From assembly GCA_964016885.1 (NCBI GenBank), contig OZ024741.1:23374001-23438000 (forward strand): DNA of 64,000 bases, in the 5' to 3' direction. Origin of the DNA: Eledone cirrhosa (Eukaryota). The notes under the pieces are model-generated. The model searched no databases, was not told the DNA's origin, and was given only the letters and a program-made list of their open reading frames with translations. The position numbers and the translations under genes were made by a program. How positions within the stretch are numbered: the stretch's first letter is position 1; every line of letters starts with the position of its first letter. Positions 1 through 11,000 of this stretch are shown here, one piece after another.

Positions 1-313
1 CAACCTCATTTACAGTGAGTGCTGGGTGCTTTTTCGTGGCGCCTACACGTCCACTTTACAGTGTGGACTGGGTGCTTTTTTTGCCGTGGCACCTCCACGA
101 CCACCTTGCAGTGGGGGGTGTGGGGGCATATTGTCTATATGCTTCAGCTTGTACCCATGGGAGGTCGGGTACTCTGTATTACTGCGTGACGCCAGAGGTC
201 ACGGTCGTATGTCATCGCCTTTGAGAGGTGTAATTGGGTAAGGTTGGCTTTTATCACCTCATCCCAGGTCATCTTGGATCTCCCCACTCCGCAGTTTCCA
301 TCGACTTCTAGTG
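1..313 (-). mobile_element. RTE LINE 3' fragment (subfamily with SINE-like 3'UTR)
   Basis: Near-identical reverse complement of about 7855-8170. Confidence 0.88.
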
Positions 314-315
314 CT

Positions 316-1760
316 TATATACACAAACACACTCTCTCTATTACATATATAAACACACACACACTCCATTATATACACAAACACACTCTCTCTATTACAT
401 ATATAAACACACACACACTCCATTATATACACAAACACACTCCATTATATACATAAACACACTCTCTCTATTACATATATAAACAGACACACACACTCCA
501 TTATATACATAATCACACTCTCTCTATTACATATATAAACACACACACACTCCATTATATACACAAACACACTCCATTATATACATAAACACACTCTCTC
601 TATTACATATATAAACAGACACACACACTCCATTATATACACAAACACACTCTCTCTATTACATATATAAACACACACACACTCCATTATATACACAAAC
701 ACACTCCATTATATACATAAACACACTCTCTCTATTACATATATAAACACACACACACACTCCATTATATACATAAACACACTCTCTCTATTACATATAT
801 AAACTCACACACTCCATTATATACATAAACACTCTCTCTATTACATATATAAACTCACACACTCCATTATATACATAAACACACTCTCTCTATTACATAT
901 ATAAACACACACACTCCATTATATACATAATCACACTCTCTCTATTACATATATAAACTCACACACTCCATTATATACATAAACACTCTCTCTATTACAT
1001 ATATAAACTCACACACTCCATTATATACATAAACACACTCTCTCTATTACATATATAAACACACACACTCCATTATATACATAAACACACTCTCTCTATT
1101 ACATATATAAACTCACACACTCCATTATATACATAAACACACTCTCTCTATTACATATATAAACACACACACTCCATTATATACATAATCACACTCTCTC
1201 TATTACATATATAAACACACACACACACTCCATTATATACATAATCACACTCTCTCTATTACATATATAAACACACACACTCCATTATATACATAAACAC
1301 TCTCTCTATTACATATATAAACACACTCCATTATATACATAAACACACTCTCTCTATTACATATATAAACACACACACTCCATTATATACATAAACACAC
1401 TCTCTCTATTACATATATAAACACACACACACTCCATTATATACATAAACACTCTCTCTATTACATATATAAACACAGACACACACACTCCATTATATAC
1501 ACAAACACACTCTCTCTATTACATATATAAACACACACACACACACTCCATTATATACATAAACACTCTCTCTATTACATATATAAACACACACACACAC
1601 ACACACTCCATTATATACATAAACACTCTCTCTATTACATATATAAACACACACACACACACTCCATTATATACACAAACACACTCTCTCTATTACATAT
1701 ATAAACACATACACACACACTCCATTATATACATAAACACACACTCTATTATATACATAA
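316..1760. repeat. Compound CA/TA/CT minisatellite, ~50-bp unit (acacactccattatatacataaacacactctctctattacatatataa)
   Basis: Direct inspection of tandem units. Confidence 0.95.
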
Positions 1761-1881
1761 AGACAATTTCTTAGAAAGACTCTTTCCCTTCCACTCATAC
1801 GAACACATTCTCTCTTATACAATTGATCTCTCTCTCTCTCCCTCTCTCACACACTTTCACAGAGATGCAAATAGAGATAAC

Positions 1882-2086
1882 CTTTAAGAAGTGTGTCGAC
1901 CATATCATCTGGCATCGGTTCATCTGTCTGGTAGTGGGACGTTAAACTCTTGAGGGTGCGGGCATCAGATAACCACATTGTCATAAAACTGGAACAAACA
2001 TGAAGAGCATCCCATTCCACGTTTCTTTGACCTGCTATCTCACTGTATGGAACTGTAGTTAACATTTGTTGTAGACCATGACCAAA
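1882..2086 (-). CDS. Oligopeptidase A-like exon 14 (FGHGLQQMLT...VEWDALHVCSSFM...DTLLK)
   Basis: FGHGL..MLT, WDA and HYQT.EP.P motifs; ttttcttccag acceptor, G|gttatc donor. Confidence 0.93.
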
Positions 2087-5000
2087 CTGGAAGAAAATGG
2101 AATTCATTTATCAGGAAAATATGTCATATATCTTATACAAGGATCTAATCACCAAACTGTAGGAAGACCATTCCTACACTACAAGCTTTTATTGATCTGG
2201 AGAAAGCCTTTGGCAGGGTTCCAGAATCAGTTATCTGGTGGTCCTTGGAAATTTTGGATAGCTGAGTGGCTGATGAGAGCAGTGCAAGCCATGTGTAGTC
2301 AGTAAGGTGAGAATAGGTAATAAGTTTAGTGAGGTATTCATCATGGCTCAGTCTTCTGGTCCTTCCTGTTTATTATAGTTCTCCAGACCATAACAGTGGA
2401 GTTTAAGACTGGATGCCCATTGGAACTTCTGTATACTGATGATCTGATTCTTATAGCTGAAGATCCTACTGTGGAAACGGAAGTTAGAATCAAAAGAGCT
2501 CAGAATAAACTTAACTATGACCAAAGTTTTAGTAAGAAACTAGCAGAATGGCCCAGCGTTGCCCGGGATTTGCTCTAGGGCTCTTATATATTTTATATAT
2601 ATTTATCCTTATCGAGCCTCATGAAATAAATACGTTTGTTTATATTTTGTTATTGTGTATGCAAAAAATCTGTACACGAATATATGGTAAATCCGAAATA
2701 ATACAGCAGAAAAACAGAGTAAATCCTGTTTTTCTGCTGTATTATTTCGGATTTACCATGCGGTCTTGAAGGCGACCCTCAGTGACCCCCCCCCCCCCCC
2801 TCCTCTCTATATCTCTCTCTACAATGGTTACCCTATCACTCGTCTTGAAGCTATTGAAGAGATAAGACACTTTCTCCTTATCTGCTAAAATGTGTCACTA
2901 GAGTTGATTCGGTTTCGTTCCAGCCACCCATCCATACAAATTTTCGAAGGTATCTTAGCTCTTATGACGTTATTATTATTAATATTACTGCTGTTTTCTG
3001 CTGTATTATTTCGGATTTACCCTGTTTTACTATTATTATTAATATTACTGCCAAGGTTAACTTTGTCTTTCATCCTTACGGGGTTGATAAAATAAAATAC
3101 CAGTAATGCACTGGGTAATTGTTGGCCTTGTGCCTAACGTAGAAACAATTATTAATATTACTGCTGTTTTCTGCTGTATTATTTCAGATTTACCCTGTTT
3201 TTCTATTATTATTAATATTACTGCTGTTTTCTGCTGTATTATTTCAGATTTACCCTGTTTTTCTATTATTATTAATATTAGCCTATTAGCTTTGTTGACC
3301 TAGAGAAGGCCTTTGATAGGGTACCCTGATCTGTCATCTGGTGGTCCCTAAGGAAGCTAGGTGTTGAGGAATGGCTTGTGAGGACAGTGCAAACTTTTTA
3401 CAGAGGTACTCTCAGTAAAGTCAGGGTAGGAATGGAGTTTAGTGAGGAATTCCAGATACAAGTAGGAGTACATCAGGGTTCGGTCCTCAGCCCGCTCTTA
3501 TTCATTATAGTCCTCCAAGCCATAACAGAGGAGTTTAAGACTGGCTGTCCATGGGAACTTCTCTATGCTGACGATCTGGTTCTTAAAGCAGAATCAGTAG
3601 AGGAGCTAGAGAATAAATTCTGGCTATGGAAACAGTAGTTGGAAGCAAGAGAACTGAGAGTGAATCTAGCTAAGACAAAAGTGTTGATGAGTAGAAAAGA
3701 GGACAAAACCCTGATTCCGTCAGGGAAATGGCCATGTTCGATATGCAGAAAAGGATCTGGCATAAATTCTATAAAATGCACACAATGCAGATCCTGGGTA
3801 CACAAGAGATGTAGCGGGATAGCAGGCAAACTAACAGGTAGGGAGAAATATGTATGCAGTAGATGTACAGGGAAATTAGACAGTAGAAGTCGCACTGATA
3901 GACACATTTTTCAAATGCAAGAGGGCGCTATAGAAGTGGTGGATAGCTTCCGGTACCTAGGAGATCAGATTAGCATGGAGGAGGGTGTTCCGAGGCCATA
4001 GTATCTAGAATAAGGACGGGTTGGAAGAAGTTTAGGGAGCTGCTTCCTCTGTTGACGAAGAAGGGTTTCTCCCTGCGTACGAAAGGCCGGTTGTATGATG
4101 CCTGTGTGAGGAGCGCGATGCTGCATGGTAGTGAGACATGGGCAGCAACTGCAGAGGATATGCGACGGCTGGAGAGAAATGAGGCAAGCATGCTCCGTTG
4201 GATGTGCAGTGTAAATGTGCGTGAACGACTCAGCATAAATGTGTTGAGAGAGAAACTGTGTCTGAGAGAGATAGAATGTAGTGTACGGGAGAGGAGACTG
4301 AGGTGGTATGGACATGTGATGCGCATGGAGGATGACCGATGGGTGAAGAAGTGCCAGGAAATGCCAGTTGAAGGAAGACGTGGTAGAGGTAGACCACGAA
4401 AAACATGGGCGGAGGTGGTAAGAACAGACCTCAGATCATTGAAGCTCACGGTGGAGATGACGAGGGACCGTGACGAGTGGAGACATGCTGTGCTGAATAA
4501 GACCCGTCCCACCCTTGCAAGCAGGGAAAAGCGGACGTAAAATGATGATGATGATGATTACTGCTGTTTTCTGCTGTATTATTTCGGATTTACCCTGTTT
4601 TTCTGCTGTATTATTTCGGATTTACCATGCGGTCTTGAAGGCGACCCTCAGTGCCTACCTCACAATTTCCCTCCCTCCCACCCCCTCACATCGCCATAGC
4701 CTATTCGACCAATCAAACCTCAGCATGCCATTTCTACGGCTGCTGCTGTTACTACTACTACTACTACTACTACCTAACTAACTCTCTCCTCCCCTGTCGC
4801 AGCCCAACAGACCCTGCCATTATCCCACCACCACTGTTCTTCTAGCCCTCAATTTTCCCACCGTTATAGATGAATGAACTGAGAATAAATTTGAGCAACT
4901 CCGAATCAATAGATGAAATATGAATCTGCGAGCTACCAAGCACCCATGTGAAGCGCCAACCCAGAGACCCTTCCCTATGAGTGTCGACAAATGCCCAAAA

Positions 5001-8000
5001 CCCCGAGTTGGTACCATCAATGTAGGCTCAATGAAAAGAAGAGCAAGAGAAATCGTAGAAATGCTAGAGCGAAAGGAAATTGATGTATGCTGTGTGCAAG
5101 AGACTAGATGGAGAGGAGAGTCTGCCAGAGTCCTTGTAGGAAAAAGTCGGTGCTACAAATTTTTCTGGGTGGGAAATGACGATGGGATGGGTGGTGTAGG
5201 TATACTACTAGCTGACAAGTGGGTAGATAAAGTAATCTCAGTGTACAGGGTAAATGCAAGAATCATTAAACTCAGACTAGTTCTGAATAAAACAATTACC
5301 ACAATAATATCAGCTTACGCACCCCAATCGGGTCTGCCAGACGAACTTAAGGATAGGTTTTACGAGTCCCTAATGCACACTACTGCTCTAACAGACGACA
5401 ATGACTTCCTAATCATCGCAGGAGATTTTAACGGACACGTAGGTAAACACTGCGACAGCTTCAATAGAGTACATGGAGACCATGGGGTTGGCACAAGGAA
5501 TGAGGAAGGATTCAGACTTCTAGAATTCTGCGACGCCAATGACATGTCGATATGTAACACAAACTTTAAAAAACCCGACAACCACCTGATCACCTATAGA
5601 TCAGGGGAGCACTCTAGTCAGTTAGATTTTATCCTCATCAGAGGACATGACAGATGGACGGTCGTAAACACAAAAGCCTTCCCTAGTGAGGAATGTACAT
5701 CCCAACATAGCTTAGTTGTCAGCGACCTCACGGTCAGAACTAGACGAACCCGGAAACAGGGGCTAACCTGGAGAAGAAAGATCTGGAAGCTGAAAGTCCC
5801 CTCAACCAGTAACAGATTTAAAGATATTTTACTCAACGCCTACGACAGTAAAGAAGAACAGATAGAGACATTTAATGTAGAAGAGAACTGGGAGTTCCTA
5901 AAAAATAATTTACTAGAGGCGACGGATGAGGTCTGTGGCTGGAGTAAGACCTCAAGCAGGAGGAGAGTGACTTGGTGGTGGAACAATAAGGTAGATGAAG
6001 CAGTTAAGGCCAAGAGACAGGCATGGAAAGAATGGAAGAACGGGGGAAGCAGGGTACATTACATAGAGACCAAGGGGGAAGCTAGGCGACAAGTATACTT
6101 AACTAGGAGGGAAGCAGAGGATAGAAAATTCAAGCATGTTTTGCAACGTGAGGACCAGAAACAGGAGGTATTCAAGATTGCGAGGCAGTGTGTCAGAGAT
6201 AGTTGTGATGTCATTGGAGAGAAGTGTATCCGGAATGATAAAGGTGAGCTTGCCCTCACAAGTGCTGAGAAGAAAGATGCATGGAAGAGTCATTATGATA
6301 GATTACTAAATGAGGAGAATGCATGGGAAGAAGAGACCCTACCCCAAGTAGACCCTATAGAGGGACCAGCAGTACAAGTCAGCAGCATCGTAGTAAGTAA
6401 GGCAATCAAAGATATGAAGATGGGGAAGGCAACCGGTCCATCGGGTATAGCTGCCGAGATGCTGAAGGTATCTGGGTCTGTAGGTCACACTATAACCACA
6501 CGTATTGTTAACCAGGTAATACTAGAAGGTGCCATACCAAAAGATTGGTGCAGTAGCATCATTGTCAACTGCTACAAAGGTAAAGGCGATGCACGAGATA
6601 GAGGAAACTATAGAGGTATAAAGTTGATGGACCAGGTCATGAAAGTAACAGAAAGAGTTATAGCACAGTTGATTAGGGACCGGGTGAAAATAGACGAGAT
6701 GCAATTTGGGTTTGTACCAGGAAGAGGCACCACTGATGCCTTCTTCCTTGTGAGGCAATTACAGGAAAAGTACCTAGCTAAAAGTAAGCCACTCTACTTG
6801 GCATTTGTCGACCTTGAGAAAGCCTTTGACAGAGTTCCACGTGCTGTAATCTGGTGGGCTCTTAGAAAACTAGGAGTAGATGAATGGCTTGTGAAAGCGG
6901 TACAAGCCATGTATAGGGGAGCAGTCAGCAAAGTTAGGATTAGCAATGAGTATAGCGAGGAATTTAGCGTACAGGTTGGGGTCCACCAGGGCTCTGTTCT
7001 TAGACCCTCCTGTTCATCATAGTCCTGCAGGCAATAACGGAGGAGTTTAAGACCGGATGCCCATGGGAACTCCTGTATGCTGATGACCTCGCACTCATAG
7101 CTGAATCTATGGTAGAAGTAGAGAATAAATTCCAAACTTGGAAGCAGGGACTAGAAAGAAAGGGTCTCAAAGTCAACATGACAAAGACTAAGGTCCTTGT
7201 AAGTAGACGAGAAAACAGAACCCAGATCCCCTCAGGGAAATGGCCTTCCTCAGTATGTAGGAAAGGTGTAGGTAGGAACTCCATTCTCTGCCCCAAATGC
7301 AAACAATGGGTACACAAGAGATGTAGCGGGATCTCAGGAAGCTTAATTAAGAATGTAGGCTTCACATGCAGCAGCTGTGCTGAGACAGCAAGCAGCAAAC
7401 AGCCACAGGAAACAAGTACCACCAATCTCTGGGAGGGCTCTGTAGAAACAGTAGACAGCTTCTGCTACCTAGGTGACCGAATTAGCAGCGGAGGTGGGTG
7501 TTCAGAAAGTACAATAACTAGGGTAAGAACGGGATGGAAGAAGTTTAGGGAACTACTACCACTGCTAGCTGCAAAAGGCTTCTCCCTCAGAATGATGCGT
7601 GTATCCGAACAGCAATGTTGCATGGTAGTGAGACCTGGGCGCTGAAGGTGGAAGACTTACGTAGATTAGAGAGAAATGAAGCCTGCATGCTCTGATGGAT
7701 GTGTAACAGTAATATACGTGAACGACAAAGCATAAATGAATTGAGAGAGAGACTGAGCATAAGAGGAATCAAATGCTGTGTGCAGGAGAGGCGGTTGCGT
7801 TGGTATGGACATGTGATGCGTATGAAGGATGACAGCTGCATAAAAAGGTGCAGAACACTAGAAGTTGATGGAAACCGCGGAGTGGGGAGACCCAAGATGA
7901 CCTGGGATGAGGTGATAAAAGCCGACCTTACCCAATTACACCTCTCAAAGGCAATGACACACGACCGTGACTTCTGGCGTCACGCAGTAATACAGAGTAC

Positions 8001-11000
8001 CCGACCTCCCATGGGTACAAGCTGAAGCATATAGACAATATGCCCCACACCCCCCACCGCAAGGTGGTCGTGGAGGTGCCACGGCAAAAAAGCACCCAGC
8101 CCACACTGTAAAGTGGACGTGTAGGCACCACGAAAAAGCACCCAGCACTCACTGTAAATGAGGTTGGTGTTAGGAAGGGCATCCAGCTGCAGAAATCAAG
8201 CCAAATCAGTTCCTGTATGAGCAAAGCATGGTCAGCCGACCAGACACTGCCCACAACAGGACAACCCGTCTAACCCATGCTAGCGTGGAAGAACGGACGT
8301 AAAACGGTGATGATGATGATGATGATATATATATATATAATAGTACAGAGAAGTATGGAATACCTCGGCCTCAAGATGGTGTCTACATTTTGTGCTTATA
8401 AAAAAAATTTGTTGTAGATTAGCAGGGTTTTTTTCCGTGCGAAGAAAATCAATACTTTATCGCAAAATAAATACTTCTGTTTATATTTTGTTATTGTGTA
8501 TGCAAAAATATCTGTACACGAATATATAATTATATATATATATTAAAATAACAGATTAAAGTTTAAGCAAAGAATCGCTGCTGTCACTCTTAACGGGATC
8601 TTCTGAAACTAAAAAAATCAATCTGTGAACGCAGAAGTAAATATTTCGAAAAACTTTGCACACTATATATACACACACACAGCATCATAATGTTGTGATG
8701 CAGACAGCCAGACATACATTATAAGGGTGCAATGTTATATCTATGTATCTATCTAAAAAGAAAGACTAAGAGAGAGAGAGAGAGATCGCTTTTTCGCCTA
8801 ATGCGGCCCCTAGGGAGTTGAAATTTTGAAAAAATTTTTGCTCAAAACACTCACCGGACCATAAGTATTACATGTGTAAAGTTTGAAGTTGGGTGGTTCT
8901 GAAGTTTGAGTGAGCTGACAGACATTCTCTGTTTTAGATATATAAAGAAGACAGGACACTGGTTCCATCAGAGAAGTGGTTATGATCAATATGTAGAAAA
9001 GGAGTAGGTGGAAACTTTATACAATGTTCACACTGTAAAGTGGTCATGTAAGCGTCACAACAAAAAGTACCTGGTCAACACTCTAAATGTGGTTGGTGTT
9101 AGGAAGAACATCCAACCATAGAAACCAAGCCAGAAACAGTTCTACATGAGCAAGACATGGTCACCTGACCTAACTTGCCTCAAATAGGACAACCTGTCTA
9201 ACCCATTCTAGCATGGAAAATAGACGTTAAACAGTGATGATGATGATAAACACTATGATTTTTGTTTCTAAGATTTTAAAATAATTTTGAAAATAATTGA
9301 AGATTTCATGAGATTTACTAACATAACTAACTTTCTCATTATTAGGAATGTAACTTAACAAAGGTGCTTACCTAAAATTATGATGGAAGTTTTTTTAGAT
9401 AAATATAACAACTTTTAACCCTTTCATGACTGTATTTCTAATGAAATACAGTACATTTTAATTAATTAATGAAGAATTCAGCAGGGGATTTACAAAAATT
9501 ATGTTGGAAGATTTTAATTTAAATTGGAAACCTTTAAAATGGATGATTTTATTTTTGGTCATGTTGGTAACAAAAGGGTTAAAAATACAGCTTTGTTTCA
9601 TAGAATGGGCTAATGATAAACTGTAAATACCTCTGAGAACAACATATGGACTTCCTGAAGTGTCATAAGAGTTGGAATACTTGGTACCAGTGGTTTGTGA
9701 AGGTTTAGCACCAAATAGGAGAAAGGCTTCAGTCCATATAAATTACTTCGATCTGATGAATCAAAGAAAGAAATCCATTGGTGTATTGATAAAAAGTAAT
9801 ATCTGTAAAGGTTCATCATCATTTAAAACAGACTTCTACAATACATAGACCAGACCACAGACTTTAACATAAGTACCACAACAGATGGGTCCACGGACCA
9901 CAGACTTTGACACACGTACCACAACAGATGGGTCCATGGACCACAGACTTTAACACAAGTACCACAGTATAGACTGGACCACAGTATTTTACCTGCAGTG
10001 TAGTGACATGTTTTACTAGTTCTATATAAAAACAAGAGAATTATTCTCACCTCGACCTGTTTCCATCCAAGTGCCACTTATTTTGCCTGCGTGTGCATAA
10101 GGGTCAAAGAAGAATGATGCCCTATATTCATCTGAAAAATAGTTTGAAAATAAAGATTTTTGTTTGTTTAGACACCACTGTCATATTTTTTAGGGATGTA
10201 GTACAGATATAGTTCCCAACATATCACTGGTATTTACTTTATTAAATTCGAGAAAGATGGCTGAGAATTAATCTTTAAGGAAAAATACCAGCTATATTGT
10301 TAGAGTTAGTTATAATAATATAACTAGTTTTATTGTTATAACTAGGGCTGTGGAGTGGTGTGAGAATAGGGTTGGAGAGGTAAGGAAGATAAGTATGTAA
10401 TGAGTAACAGTGGGTGTATGTGGGGGGGGGGTAATGGATATATGTTCAAGGGGTGATGTGAGGGAGTGAAGGCATGAGTAAGTATGATAATAATAATTGC
10501 TAGTGTGGAAAACGGACGTTAAATGAAGACGATGATGATGATGAATGAAATTATTGTGTACAGTGCTCAGGTGCACTACAACTCATCAAAGGTGCATGTA
10601 TGGTACATAGAATAATATACAAATGTCAGGAAAGTGAATAGTGTATGAGTCATGATAGACATGTGTGCGTGTGTATGGAGGGGGAATATTAGGTGTAGTG
10701 TTGGCGAATCTCAGGAAGCATGGAGGTTTTAAAGGATGAAGTGTCTCAACGGCTAACAACTGATGCAGGGAGTTTGTTCCATGGAGGTTTTAAAGGATGA
10801 AGTGTCTCAACAGCTAACAACTGATGCAGGGAGTTTGTTCCATGGAGGTTTTAAAGGATGAAGTGTCTCAACAGCTAACAACTGATGCAGGGAGTTTGTT
10901 CCATGGAGGTTTTAAAGGATGCAGTGTCTCGACCTCTAACAACTGATGCAGGGAGTTTGTTCCATGGAGGTTTTAAAGGATGCAGTGTCTCGACAGCTAA

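Larger units (their letters stand above)
2538..8946 (+). mobile_element. Non-autonomous Helitron-like (Lep1/HINE-style) element hosting nested insertions
   Basis: 5' ACTAGCAGAATGGCCCAGCGTTGCCCGGG and 3' ...GACAGACATTCTCTGTTTTAGATATATA termini are typical of such elements; it interrupts an older RTE frame. Confidence 0.55.

Noticed and set aside
4653-4920. HDV-like ribozyme at the RTE 5' end
   Set aside because: Some RTE elements have one, but I could not identify a nested double pseudoknot by eye.
9634-9636. RNA editing restoring HEXXH
   Set aside because: TCA cannot become CAY by A-to-I or C-to-U editing.
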